From positions 1 through 24,121 of the forward strand of contig CANMWZ010000049.1 in assembly GCA_947501605.1 (NCBI GenBank): a DNA stretch of 24,121 nt. The letters run 5' to 3'. This DNA comes from Planctomycetota bacterium. GTDB taxonomy: Bacteria; Planctomycetota; UBA1135; UBA2386. A program made the position numbers and the translations under genes. A model generated the notes under the pieces. That model saw only the letters and a list, made by a program, of their open reading frames with translations. It was not told the origin of the DNA and did no database searches. Positions 7,392-17,163 of this stretch are shown piece after piece; positions within the stretch are counted from its first letter, which is position 1, and each line of letters opens with the position of its first letter.

Positions 7392-10300
7392 GTGAAGATC
7401 CAACGGCGGTTCACCAAGCAAGGCAGCTCGCCCTACGCGGGCATCGCGTTCCACAAGCGCACCAGCGAGATCCGGAATCCCAACGGGTCCGTCGTGTTCG
7501 AAGCGCGCGACATCGATGTCCCCGCGGCCTGGAGCCAGGTCGCCGTTGACATCCTGGCGCAGAAGTACTTCCGCAAGGCAGCGGTGCCGCAGCGCGACGA
7601 GAACGGCAAGCCGATGCTGGACACCGCCGGCAACCCGGTGCTCGGCGGCGAGACCTCCGCCCGTCAGGTCTTCGACCGTCTCGCCAGTTGCTGGCGCCAC
7701 TGGGGCGAAGAGCACGGCTACTTCGACACCAAGGACGACGCCCAGGCCTTCGAGGCCGAGCTTTGCCACATGCTTGCGGCGCAACATGCCGCGCCGAACT
7801 CGCCACAGTGGTTCAACACTGGCCTCCACCACGCCTACGGCATCAGCGGCCCGGCCCAGGGTCACTGGTATGTCGACCCGCACACCGGAAAGCTGCACCG
7901 CAGCAAGTCGGCCTACGAACGGCCCCAGCCGCACGCATGCTTCATCCAGGCCGTCAGCGACGACTTGGTCAATGACGGCGGCATCATGGACCTCTGGACG
8001 CGCGAGGCGCGCCTGTTCAAGTACGGGTCGGGCACCGGCAGCAACTTCTCGCAACTGCGGGGCGAAAACGAGCCGCTCTCGGGCGGCGGCAAGAGCTCCG
8101 GCCTGATGAGCTTCCTGAAGATCGGTGACCGCGCGGCTGGCGCCATCAAGTCGGGCGGCACCACGCGTCGCGCCGCCAAGATGGTCTGCCTCGATCTCGA
8201 CCACCCAGATATCGAAGCCTTCGTGTCGTGGAAGGTCATCGAGGAGCAGAAGGTCGCGGCGCTGGTCACCGGCAGCCGAGTGATCGGGCGCATCCTGAAG
8301 CAAGTCGTCAACGCCTGCCACGTCAAGGCTGAGGACGGCACGGCTCAGATCATCACCGCGGCGGCCGACAACGGGCAGTTGCGAGCCGTGCTGCTCGAAG
8401 CCCGGAACCTGCAGATTCCGGACAGCTACCTGCAGCGCGCGTTGCAACTCGCCGGCCAGGGTTTCCACGCCGTCGAACAGCCCGAGTACGACACCAACTG
8501 GGATGGCGAGGCCTACGCGACGGTCTCTGGGCAGAACTCGAACAACTCGATCCGCATCCCCAACGCGTTCTTCCGCGCGGTCGACGAAAGCAGCAAGTGG
8601 CAGCTGATCCGCCGCACCGACGGCAAGGTCGACAGCGAGCTCGATGCCGTCGAGTTGTGGGACAAGATTGCCTACGCGGCATGGGCCTGTGCGGACCCGG
8701 GCGTTCAGTACGATACGACGATCAACGAGTGGCACACTTGCCCCGCCGATGGTCGCATCAATGCGAGCAATCCGTGTTCGGAGTACATGTTCCTCGACGA
8801 CACGGCGTGCAACCTGGCGTCGATCAACCTCGTCAAGTTCCTCAACGAGGACGGCTCCATCGACATCGATGGGTTCCGCCACGCAACCCGCCTCTGGACG
8901 GTAGTCCTCGAGATCAGCGTGTTGATGGCCAGCTTCCCCAGCCAGGAGATTGCCAAGAGGAGTTACGAGTTCCGCACGCTCGGACTGGGGTTTGCCAACC
9001 TCGGCACCATTCTGATGCGTTCGGGCATCCCGTACGCATCGCCCAAGGCCTACGCGATCGCCGGTGCGATCAGTGCGGTGATGTGCGGCGAGTCCTATGC
9101 CACGTCGGCGGAGATGGCCAAGCAACTCGGCGCGTTTCCGGGCTACGAGCGCAACAAGGATTCGATGCTGCGAGTCATCCGCAACCATCGTCGGGCCGCG
9201 TATGCGGCGAGCGCCTCGGAGTACGAAGCCCTGTCGATTGCGCCGGTTGGCATCGACGCGCAGTTGTGCCCGAAGGACCTGCTCGAAGCGTCGCGCTCCG
9301 CGTGGGACAAGGCGCTCGTGCTGGGCGAGAAGCATGGCTACCGCAACGCGCAGGTAACCGTGATCGCGCCGACGGGCACCATCGGCTTGCTGATGGACTG
9401 CGACACGACCGGTGTGGAGCCGGACTTCGCCCTGGTGAAGTTCAAGAAACTTGCCGGCGGCGGCTACTTCAAGATCGTCAACCAGAGCCTGCCCCCAGCG
9501 CTCAAGAAGCTCGGCTACTCACCAGCACAGATCGACGAGATCGTGGCCTACGTCGTCGGGCGCAAGACTCTCGCCGGCTCGCCGGCGGTCAACCACGAGA
9601 CGCTGGCGCAGAAGGGCTTTGACAGCGCGTCGCTGCGCAAGATCGAGGACTCGCTCAAGTCGGCCTTCGATCTCAACTACGCATTCAGCAAGAACGTGCT
9701 CGGCGAGGAGTTCCTGCGCCGGCACTTCGGGCTCACCGATGCGCAGATGAGCGACTGGACCTTCGATCTGCTGCGCCACATGGGCTTTGGCAAGGCGGAG
9801 ATTCAGGCCGCGACGGACTACGTGTGCGGCATGATGACCGTCGAAGGCGCTCCTCATCTGAAGGACGCGCACCTGCCCATCTTCGATTGCGCCAACCGTT
9901 GCGGGCGCATCGGCAAGCGCTTCATTCCGTTCGCGGCGCACATTCACATGATGGCTGCGGTCCAGCCCTTCATCAGCGGCGCGATCAGCAAGACCATCAA
10001 CATGCCGAGTGACGCCTCGATCGCCGAGGTCAAGGAGGCGTATCGCCTCGGCTGGCGTTCGATGCTCAAGGCCGTTGCGCTCTATCGCGACGGCAGCAAG
10101 CTGAGTCAGCCGCTCAACACCAGTTTGGTCGATGACTCGGCGGTGTCGATGCCTGCAGAGACGCAAGCCGTGGCGCAGCGCATCACCGAGCGCGTGGTGC
10201 ACCGCTACCTCGCCAAGCGCCGAAAGCTGCCGCAGCGCCGAGCCGGCTACACGCAGAAGGCGATCGTCGGTGGGCACAAGATCTATCTGCGCACGGGTGA

Positions 10301-11000
10301 GTACGAGGACGGCACGCTTGGCGAAGTCTTCCTCGACATGCACAAAGAAGGCGCCGCCTTCCGCAGCCTGATGAACTGCTTCGCGATCGCGGTGTCACTC
10401 GGCCTGCAGCACGGCGTGCCGCTCGACGAGTTCTCGGACGCGTTCGTGTTCACGCGCTTCGAGCCCAACGGCGTGGTCCAGGGCCACGATCAGATCAAGA
10501 TGGTCACCAGTGTGATCGACTACGTGTTCCGCGAGTTGGCGATCAGCTACCTCGGGCGCACCGATCTATGCCAGGTGCAGAACGAAGATCTGCGCCACAC
10601 GACGATGGGCGCCAAGAGCCCGGAGTACACGGACGAAGAGGTGATTTCCGAGGAGGTCTACGAGGTGGACGCAATTCGCCCAGACCCTCGGACGGATCGC
10701 CTTCATCCGCAGAGCCGCGGCATCGAGCGCAACAACCCTGACGAGGTGATCGCGCCCCAGGCTCACCAGAACCAGCAGGCCCCGAGCCGAGTGGCAACCA
10801 GCGAAACGGCCCACCGCGGCACTGCGCAGGTGGCTTCGGCGGTAGCGGCGGAGAGCCAGAAGCTGCGCCGCAAGATCGCGGAAGCTCGGCTGAAGGGCTA
10901 CGAGGGTGACCCGTGCGGCAGCTGCGGCGCCTTCACGCTGGTTCGCAACGGCACGTGCCTCAAGTGCGTGTCGTGCGGCGGCACGAGCGGCTGCAGCTGA
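7392..11000 (+). CDS. nrdJ: Class II (adenosylcobalamin-dependent) ribonucleotide reductase with TSCPD domain and C-terminal Zn-ribbon
   Basis: [34 protein letters not shown] (thiyl Cys), [29 protein letters not shown]-terminal CGSC...[11 protein letters not shown]; 1202 aa. Confidence 0.97.
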   Translation: MKIQRRFTKQGSSPYAGIAFHKRTSEIRNPNGSVVFEARDIDVPAAWSQVAVDILAQKYFRKAAVPQRDENGKPMLDTAGNPVLGGETSARQVFDRLASCWRHWGEEHGYFDTKDDAQAFEAELCHMLAAQHAAPNSPQWFNTGLHHAYGISGPAQGHWYVDPHTGKLHRSKSAYERPQPHACFIQAVSDDLVNDGGIMDLWTREARLFKYGSGTGSNFSQLRGENEPLSGGGKSSGLMSFLKIGDRAAGAIKSGGTTRRAAKMVCLDLDHPDIEAFVSWKVIEEQKVAALVTGSRVIGRILKQVVNACHVKAEDGTAQIITAAADNGQLRAVLLEARNLQIPDSYLQRALQLAGQGFHAVEQPEYDTNWDGEAYATVSGQNSNNSIRIPNAFFRAVDESSKWQLIRRTDGKVDSELDAVELWDKIAYAAWACADPGVQYDTTINEWHTCPADGRINASNPCSEYMFLDDTACNLASINLVKFLNEDGSIDIDGFRHATRLWTVVLEISVLMASFPSQEIAKRSYEFRTLGLGFANLGTILMRSGIPYASPKAYAIAGAISAVMCGESYATSAEMAKQLGAFPGYERNKDSMLRVIRNHRRAAYAASASEYEALSIAPVGIDAQLCPKDLLEASRSAWDKALVLGEKHGYRNAQVTVIAPTGTIGLLMDCDTTGVEPDFALVKFKKLAGGGYFKIVNQSLPPALKKLGYSPAQIDEIVAYVVGRKTLAGSPAVNHETLAQKGFDSASLRKIEDSLKSAFDLNYAFSKNVLGEEFLRRHFGLTDAQMSDWTFDLLRHMGFGKAEIQAATDYVCGMMTVEGAPHLKDAHLPIFDCANRCGRIGKRFIPFAAHIHMMAAVQPFISGAISKTINMPSDASIAEVKEAYRLGWRSMLKAVALYRDGSKLSQPLNTSLVDDSAVSMPAETQAVAQRITERVVHRYLAKRRKLPQRRAGYTQKAIVGGHKIYLRTGEYEDGTLGEVFLDMHKEGAAFRSLMNCFAIAVSLGLQHGVPLDEFSDAFVFTRFEPNGVVQGHDQIKMVTSVIDYVFRELAISYLGRTDLCQVQNEDLRHTTMGAKSPEYTDEEVISEEVYEVDAIRPDPRTDRLHPQSRGIERNNPDEVIAPQAHQNQQAPSRVATSETAHRGTAQVASAVAAESQKLRRKIAEARLKGYEGDPCGSCGAFTLVRNGTCLKCVSCGGTSGCS

Positions 11001-11038
11001 GCTGCAACTCCGCCAGAGAATCGAATACGTCCAGACTG

Positions 11039-11083
11039 CGGTTCGGCATCCGGATTCGTCCGGTGCCGGACCGTGGCCTTTTT
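11039..11083 (+). terminator. Intrinsic terminator between convergent nrdJ and the NHL gene
   Basis: Hairpin CGGTTCGGCATCCGGA-TTCG-TCCGGTGCCGGACCG followed by TGGCCTTTTT. Confidence 0.75.
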
Positions 11084-12156
11084 CAGCGCACGCGTTCGAG
11101 CTTGCTGACGCGACCGTGGACGTTCCAGTCCATGACGTAGAGGTTGCCCTTTGCATCCGCACACACGGAGTGCGGCGCGAAGAAGACATCCTTCTGCCAC
11201 AAGTCCGAGGCGATCTGGTTGGTGGCGCGCTTGTCCGCAGGGGCTGCATCCCCCAACACCAGTACGGGCTTGTCCTCGCGATCGAGAATCGTCACCCGAC
11301 CGGCGAGGTCCGCTACCGCCAGCATCTCGTCCGCCAACGGCCACACGTTGCAAGGTCGCCACAGCCCGTCCTTGCTCTCGCGCACGAAGGCGCCGTCGAG
11401 CGTGAACCACTGCAGCCGATGGTTCTCGCGGTCGCAAACGAGCAGTAGCTCCGTACCGCTACGCGAATCGACGAAGAGGCCGTGCGGTGTCTGCATCCTT
11501 CCTGGCTCGGTGCCAGGGCCGCCGAAGGACATCCTGTGCACGCGTTCCTTGTCGTAGACATGCACCCAGGACTTGCCGTAGCCGTCGGCGACGAAGATGC
11601 GCCCGTCCGAGGAGGTCACGATTGCTGTCGGATGGAACTCCTCCGCCTTTTGGTAGATCCCCGTGCTCTCGGGCCAGCCGAGGGTCCAGATCACCGCGCC
11701 GTCGATCGTCGTCTTCAGCGTCTCGTGCCGCGACGTATGCGCGAGGTAGAGCACCTCCTTCTCTTCCTCAAGGCGCAGCGTCATGCCATGCAGTCCACCG
11801 CGATACTCCTTGCCCCAGCCACCCACGACGGTGCCTTCCGGCGAGAAGATCAGCACAGCCTCCTCGGTATCGGTGTTGGCCAAGAGCCGGCCCTTGCTGT
11901 CGATCACTAGGCAGCCGTGCGTACTGCCAAGCTCCTTGCCGTTGTCGCGACGTCCAAAGCCGTCGACCCAACGGAACTGTGGTGGCTTCGGCAGGCCCTT
12001 CGCTTCTTCTTTGGTTGCCGAGCTGGTCTCGGCTGGCAACGGCGTTTGCACGGGCTCCTGGCCCTGCACTGCAGCGACCAAGGTCGTGAGCGCCAGAACG
12101 AGCCGCCGTGGAGCAGCGAAGAACAGATCGAGCGAATCGTCAGTGCGTGTGGCCAT
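11083..12156 (-). CDS. Secreted NHL-repeat beta-propeller, peptidyl-alpha-hydroxyglycine amidating lyase (PAL)-like
   Basis: Signal-like RRLVLALTTLVAAVQGQ; LHGM, VADGYG, TPHGL, VCDRENHRLQWF, APHSV and GNLYVMDW motifs. Likely start is ATG 12156 (or 12168) rather than 12321. Confidence 0.8.
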   Translation of the reverse strand: MATRTDDSLDLFFAAPRRLVLALTTLVAAVQGQEPVQTPLPAETSSATKEEAKGLPKPPQFRWVDGFGRRDNGKELGSTHGCLVIDSKGRLLANTDTEEAVLIFSPEGTVVGGWGKEYRGGLHGMTLRLEEEKEVLYLAHTSRHETLKTTIDGAVIWTLGWPESTGIYQKAEEFHPTAIVTSSDGRIFVADGYGKSWVHVYDKERVHRMSFGGPGTEPGRMQTPHGLFVDSRSGTELLLVCDRENHRLQWFTLDGAFVRESKDGLWRPCNVWPLADEMLAVADLAGRVTILDREDKPVLVLGDAAPADKRATNQIASDLWQKDVFFAPHSVCADAKGNLYVMDWNVHGRVSKLERVR

Positions 12157-13081
12157 GGTCCTTGTCATCGAGATGGGTAAGCGAATGCAATGCGGACGCT
12201 CCAAAGATCGAGTCCGAAGCGTCTTGGGCGAGCGACTGCAGCACGACACGAGCCTCGGCATCGCGACCGCATTCATGCAGCGCTTTCCCCAGATAGAGAC
12301 GAGCCCGCAGGGCCTCGTCACCGAGGGCGGGATCGCGTGCTGGACCGGCCAGTAGCGTTGCTGCCTCTACGTGCTTCCGTTCCTTGAAGAGAACGTAGCC
12401 GAGCGTTACGTCAGCTGCCGCGGACGGCAGGGCCGCTCGCAGCCACTGCCGCGCGCGTTCGCAACGCCCGTCCAACGCAAACAACCGCGCCAGGCGATGA
12501 TTGGCATCGACTTCGCCCGCCTGCGCCGCCCGTACCAGCAGGTCCTCGGTGCCTACCCGGCAGCCGAGATCGAGAAGCGCGCAGCCGAGGGCGAGGTTGG
12601 CTTTGCCATCGACCGGTGCACGTGCCAAGGCCGCCCGCAACTGCAGGACCTGTTGCCGCCGGCTGGCGCACAGGCGCAGAAACGCCGCGAGTTCGGGTGG
12701 ATCCTGTGGTCCTGGACGAGCGGCATAGACGCGCCCTTCGCTGTCGAGGACGCAGACTCCCATCCCCTCGCCACCGCCGATCCACTGCGAGTAGAGCCGT
12801 TGCTGCGCGAACCCGTCCATGCTCAACGAGGCGAACCCGCCGGCATCGAGAGCAACCGTCACCTCGGGCGCCAGGAGCACGACACGCTGCATCCGATCAC
12901 TCTGTTCACGACCTGCCAGGCGGAAGAAGATCACCGCGTCGCGGCCAACCGCTCGCGCCTCTCGCAAGGTGCCAGCAGAGTCGTCCGACCAGCGTCCCGG
13001 GGTTCCGGCACAGCCAGCAAGACTCAGCCCAAGCACCAGCGTCCAGTTGGCCGGATGCAGTCGGAGAGAGGGACCTTGCAC
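12140..13081 (-). CDS. Lipoprotein with a redox-inactive thioredoxin-like domain, TPR repeats and a His-rich tail
   Basis: Lipobox LAGC; thioredoxin-like N-domain lacking CxxC; TPR-like helices (ANLALG, TLGYVLF, ARLYLGKAL); C-terminus HLDDKDHGHTH; 17-bp overlap with the NHL gene. Confidence 0.7.
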   Translation of the reverse strand: MQGPSLRLHPANWTLVLGLSLAGCAGTPGRWSDDSAGTLREARAVGRDAVIFFRLAGREQSDRMQRVVLLAPEVTVALDAGGFASLSMDGFAQQRLYSQWIGGGEGMGVCVLDSEGRVYAARPGPQDPPELAAFLRLCASRRQQVLQLRAALARAPVDGKANLALGCALLDLGCRVGTEDLLVRAAQAGEVDANHRLARLFALDGRCERARQWLRAALPSAAADVTLGYVLFKERKHVEAATLLAGPARDPALGDEALRARLYLGKALHECGRDAEARVVLQSLAQDASDSIFGASALHSLTHLDDKDHGHTH

Positions 13082-13372
13082 GCGACGATCGCAGCAGGAG
13101 CGGCACGCTGAGGCAATGGTCGGATGCAGTACTTCGCGGTCCAGGCCACCACGGGCCCCCGTGACGGACGCGGTGGCGGTTGGTCGGCGTCGCCACTCAG
13201 GTTCTCCGCCGGAATCGCGGCACCTGCCACGATGGACCAGGACACGATCCGTACCCCGATGCTGCCCCCATGGCCCCGGCGGCGGCGACGATCGGCGGCA
13301 TTCCGAACGACGCCGCGCCCAGTTGCGACCTCACCGATCGACACCGACGACGCAGACTCCTAGAAGGGCGCG

Positions 13373-15271
13373 ATGCGAATCGCGCTCTTCTTGTGTTCTC
13401 TGGCGATCCTCGCTTTGGCTGCCTGTCGCTCGACCGAGGATCCCTCGATGCAGAAACACAACCCCGATGTGCCGCAGCGCGACCCCCACAGCTTTTCGCA
13501 GCCTTCGGCAGTCTGTGTGCAGCACGTGTCGCTCGACCTAGATCTCGACTTCGACCAACTGCAGGCACGAGGGACGTGCACGCTCTCCCTGCGCCGCACG
13601 GATCCATCGGCGCCGCTGTGGCTCGATACCGAAGGGCTCCTGATCGACAGTGTGATGGCGGTGCCGATGGACACACCCGTGCCCTTCGAACTCGGCCCGC
13701 GCGATCCCACTCTGGGGCAACCGCTGCGCATCGAGCTGCCTTCCGCCTGCGACCGCGTGCGCATCGTCTACCGGACGGCGGCCTCCGGTGCGGCGGCGAT
13801 GCAGTGGCTCTCCTCGGCTCAGACAAGCGGCGACCAGCCGTTCCTGTTCACCCAAGGCCAGGCCATCTTGACGCGTAGCTGGATTCCGCTGCAGGACTCG
13901 CCCGCGGTGCGCGTCACCTGGGACGCGCGCATTCGGGCGCCGAAGGGACTGCGGCCGTTGATGAGCGCAGAAGAACGCGGCGGCGACGCGGCAACGGGCT
14001 ACACCTTCGCGATGCGGCACCCGGTGCCGAGCTACCTGATCGCCCTCGCGTGCGGCAAGCTCGAAGAGCGCATCATCAGCGCTCGCTGTGCGGTCTGGGC
14101 CGAACCCGAAGTTGTCGAGGCCGCCAGCAAAGAACTCGAGGACATGGAGCGGATGGTCGCGGCGTGCGAGCAGCTGTTCGGTCCGTATCGCTGGGGTCGC
14201 TACGACGTCCTGGTTCTGCCGGCGAGCTTCCCGTTTGGCGGCATGGAGAACCCGTGCCTGACGTTTGCGACGCCGACGATTCTCGCCGGCGACAAGTCGT
14301 TGGTCGCATTGATCGCCCACGAACTCGCCCACAGTTGGTCGGGCAACCTCGTCACCAATGCGACCTGGCGCGACTTCTGGCTCAACGAGGGCTTCACCGT
14401 CTACCTCGAGCAGAGGATCATGGAACACGTCTACGGCGTCGAGCGGGCCAAGATGGAGATCGCGCTGTCCATGCGACAACTCGCGCAAGAGCTCCGCACG
14501 CTGCCGCCAGGCGATCAAGTGCTGCACATCGACCTTGCCGGCCGCAACCCGGACGATGGCATGACGTCGATCCCCTACGACAAGGGTGCCGCGTTCCTGC
14601 GCCGACTCGAGCAGGTGTTTGGTCGCCAACGCTTTGATGCCTTCTTGCGCGCCTACTTCGACCGCTACGCCTTCCAGAGCATCACGACCTCCCAGTTCAG
14701 CGAGTGGTTGCAGCACGACCTCTTGGACCAAGAGCCAAAACTCGCGGCGACGGTGGATGTGCCGCTGTGGATCGAGACGCCGGGTTTGCCGGCGGATGCA
14801 CCGTTCGCTGAGTCCACGGCCTTTCTGGCGGTCGACGTCGTGCGCGAGGCGGTGAGTAGCCAGAAATCCGCGGCGGCGCTTCTGGCGCTGGGCGACCTCG
14901 ACTGGAACACGCAGCAGTGGCTCCGCTTCCTCGCCGACCTGCGCGTCGATGCTGCCGTGATGGCGGCGATCGACACTCGCCATCGCCTGACGACTTCGGG
15001 CAATAGCGAGGTCCTGTGCCTCTGGCTAGAACTGGCCATTGCGGCGGACTACGCGCCGGCGATGCCGCGGCTGGAGCAGTTCCTCGTCACGGTCGGGCGG
15101 CGGAAGTTCCTGAAGCCGCTTTATGAGGCGCTGCTGCGTACTGCGAACGGCAAAGAGCGCGCCCTCGCGATGTACCAGAAGGCGCGACCGCACTACCACG
15201 CGGTCGCCGTGCGCACCCTCGACGAGCTGCTCGGCTACGCCGCCCCGACGGGATCCGGCACCCAACGTTGA
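13373..15271 (+). CDS. M1-family zinc aminopeptidase (leukotriene A4 hydrolase-like), lipoprotein
   Basis: Lipobox LAAC; DPHSFS, GGMEN, HELAH...NEG, IPYDKG and VGRRKFLKPLY motifs. Confidence 0.95.
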   Translation: MRIALFLCSLAILALAACRSTEDPSMQKHNPDVPQRDPHSFSQPSAVCVQHVSLDLDLDFDQLQARGTCTLSLRRTDPSAPLWLDTEGLLIDSVMAVPMDTPVPFELGPRDPTLGQPLRIELPSACDRVRIVYRTAASGAAAMQWLSSAQTSGDQPFLFTQGQAILTRSWIPLQDSPAVRVTWDARIRAPKGLRPLMSAEERGGDAATGYTFAMRHPVPSYLIALACGKLEERIISARCAVWAEPEVVEAASKELEDMERMVAACEQLFGPYRWGRYDVLVLPASFPFGGMENPCLTFATPTILAGDKSLVALIAHELAHSWSGNLVTNATWRDFWLNEGFTVYLEQRIMEHVYGVERAKMEIALSMRQLAQELRTLPPGDQVLHIDLAGRNPDDGMTSIPYDKGAAFLRRLEQVFGRQRFDAFLRAYFDRYAFQSITTSQFSEWLQHDLLDQEPKLAATVDVPLWIETPGLPADAPFAESTAFLAVDVVREAVSSQKSAAALLALGDLDWNTQQWLRFLADLRVDAAVMAAIDTRHRLTTSGNSEVLCLWLELAIAADYAPAMPRLEQFLVTVGRRKFLKPLYEALLRTANGKERALAMYQKARPHYHAVAVRTLDELLGYAAPTGSGTQR

Positions 15272-15333
15272 ACTGGAGAGTGGCGAGAGCTTCCCTCGCC
15301 CCCTCAGCCCCGCTACCTTCCCCCACCTAACTC

Positions 15334-15480
15334 ATGACTGCTCCGCTACTCGACAAGCAGGAAGTTGCCCTCATCGGCACTGGTTTCGTCCTCGGCGTGA
15401 TCCTGATGGCCGCACTGGTCGTCCTCGGGCTTTCGCTCGGACTAACGCCGTCGATCGTGTTTGGCATTCCGTACCAGTAG
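15334..15480 (+). CDS. Small single-pass membrane protein (48 aa)
   Basis: Below the ORF-track cutoff. MTAPLLDKQEVALIGTGFVLGVILMAALVVLGLSLGLTPSIVFGIPYQ; an uncharged hydrophobic stretch; occupies the gap on the same strand as both neighbours. Confidence 0.6.
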   Translation: MTAPLLDKQEVALIGTGFVLGVILMAALVVLGLSLGLTPSIVFGIPYQ

Positions 15481-15579
15481 GCGCTCCTTCCCGGGGCCCG
15501 TCCAGCGGGCCTTCGACTTCACTGCGAGCACCCTCGCGCAATTCCATGTCGAGCGATCGACTTGGGCCGCTTCCTTCCT

Positions 15580-17097
15580 ATGCAGTACGGATTCGTCATC
15601 GACCAGCGCCGGTGCATCGGTTGCCATGCCTGCACGGTTGCGTGCAAGTCGGAGAACGATGTTCCGCTCGGCGACTTCCGCACCTGGGTGAAGTACGCGG
15701 AGGTCGGCACCTTTCCGCAAGTGAAGCGCCACTTCGCCGTACTGCGCTGCAACCAGTGCACCAGCGCGCCGTGCGTGACCATTTGCCCCGTCGACGCCCT
15801 GCACAAACGTGAGGATGGCATCGTCGACTTGTCCAAGGACGTATGCATCGGCTGCAAGGCTTGCATGCAGGCGTGCCCCTACGATGCGCTCTCGCTCAAT
15901 GAGGAGACCGGCGGTGCGGAGAAGTGCCACTTTTGCGCGCACCGTGTAGAGCAAGGGCTCAAGCCCGCCTGCGAAATCGTCTGTCCGGTAGAGGCCATCA
16001 TCTCGGGGGACTTCCACGACCCAAACAGCAGGATCAGCCAACTACGTCGCGACGTGCCTGGTGCCGCGGCCCGTCGCACCGAACAGGGTACCGGTCCCAA
16101 CGTTTGGTACCTCGGTGCCCACGAGACGTTGCTCGAGCCCGGGACGGCCAAGGAAGAGAACACCTACCTGTGGAGCGATCGACGATCGCCGCCGCCGCCG
16201 ATGCCGGCGAAAGACGCCCAGCGCTTCCAGCGGCAAGATGCCCGCGTTGTCCTCGACGTCGATCACAAGCTGCATTGGGGTGCCAAGGTATCGGCCTATC
16301 TCGTCACCAAGGGCATTGGTGCTGGCGCCTGCATGTGGGCCCCCTTCTTGCTGGCCATGAATGGCTCGGCGCTGGCGAAGGACTACGCCCCCGAGCTCAT
16401 CGGCATCGTTTTCACGACCTTGACCACGATCTTGCTGGTCGCGGATCTCAAGCGACCCAAGCTGTTCTTGACGCTGCTGCTGCGACCCAACTGGAAGAGC
16501 TGGTTGGTCAAGGGCGCGATCGTATTGATCGCCTTCAGCACCATCACCGCAGCCATCGTTGGGGCGCGCTTGCTCGGTCTTGATGCGATCGCCAATGGCT
16601 TGCGCTGGACCAACGTGCTTCCGGCTTCGATGGCCGCTGCCTATACCGCCTTCCTATTCGCGCAGTGCGAAGGACGCGATCTGTGGCAGCGCACCAATGT
16701 GCTCCTGCCACACCTTTTGGTTCAGGCCCTTTGGGTAGGCGGCGCGGCGTTGCTGCCATTCATTCCCGACCGCGGCCTCGCGGTCGCTGTCGCCGTGCTC
16801 GCGATCGTTCACCATGCACTCGGGTTGTTCGAGCGCTTCAGCACGCACCACACCAGCAATGCACAGCAAGCCGCTGCGATGCTGGCCGAGGTGAAGGCCT
16901 GGCCTGGTTCGCGCCACTCGGCCCTCCACCTCGGCCTTGCAACGGGAACGGCATCGGCGCTGCTTTCCGCGTTCTTGGTAGTAAGCGGCGCCGCCCATCC
17001 GGCGGCGCTCGCCATGTGTGCGGTCCTGGCCTGGGCCGGCCTGTTCCTCTACGAGCAGGCCTACGTGCGCGCTGGTCAGTTGCCGCCGCTGAGCTGA
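15580..17097 (+). CDS. Fused NrfC/PsrB-type four-cluster ferredoxin + NrfD/PsrC-type membrane anchor
   Basis: CIGCHACTVAC, CNQCTSAPCVTICP, CIGCKACMQACP and CHFC...ACEIVCP cluster motifs; then WGAKVSAYL, LVADLKRP, SWLVKG, AAAYTAFLF and several TM helices. Confidence 0.92.
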   Translation: MQYGFVIDQRRCIGCHACTVACKSENDVPLGDFRTWVKYAEVGTFPQVKRHFAVLRCNQCTSAPCVTICPVDALHKREDGIVDLSKDVCIGCKACMQACPYDALSLNEETGGAEKCHFCAHRVEQGLKPACEIVCPVEAIISGDFHDPNSRISQLRRDVPGAAARRTEQGTGPNVWYLGAHETLLEPGTAKEENTYLWSDRRSPPPPMPAKDAQRFQRQDARVVLDVDHKLHWGAKVSAYLVTKGIGAGACMWAPFLLAMNGSALAKDYAPELIGIVFTTLTTILLVADLKRPKLFLTLLLRPNWKSWLVKGAIVLIAFSTITAAIVGARLLGLDAIANGLRWTNVLPASMAAAYTAFLFAQCEGRDLWQRTNVLLPHLLVQALWVGGAALLPFIPDRGLAVAVAVLAIVHHALGLFERFSTHHTSNAQQAAAMLAEVKAWPGSRHSALHLGLATGTASALLSAFLVVSGAAHPAALAMCAVLAWAGLFLYEQAYVRAGQLPPLS

Positions 17098-17163
17098 GTA
17101 GCGAGCTGAGTGCCGTCGAGTCTTCGCGCTGGCCGTCTGGCAGCCTCGGGCCTCCGAGTGCTG

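Noticed and set aside
6994..7395. 133-aa ORF whose stop overlaps the nrdJ start
   Set aside because: No motifs or SD, and its composition is typical of non-coding GC-rich DNA. It cannot be fully excluded given the GTGA overlap.
6912..9335. 807-aa antisense ORF and other long antisense ORFs (238-1410, 2567-4036, 13538-14983, 22370-23728)
   Set aside because: Shadow frames of well-supported genes in GC-rich DNA; Arg/Ala-rich with no recognisable motifs.
7392..11000. Intein or intron in the long NrdJ
   Set aside because: No intein splice-junction or LAGLIDADG motifs noticed. The frame is continuous and the length is explained by the TSCPD and Zn-ribbon regions.
13232..13363. 43-aa ORF with an RRRRR run and acidic tail, ending 9 nt before the aminopeptidase
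   Set aside because: Lies in a divergent promoter region with no SD or motif, and its Pro/Arg-rich composition is expected by chance.
17141..17163. Hairpin between the convergent NrfCD and RR-GT genes as an intrinsic terminator
   Set aside because: Short bulged stem with no U-tract on either strand.
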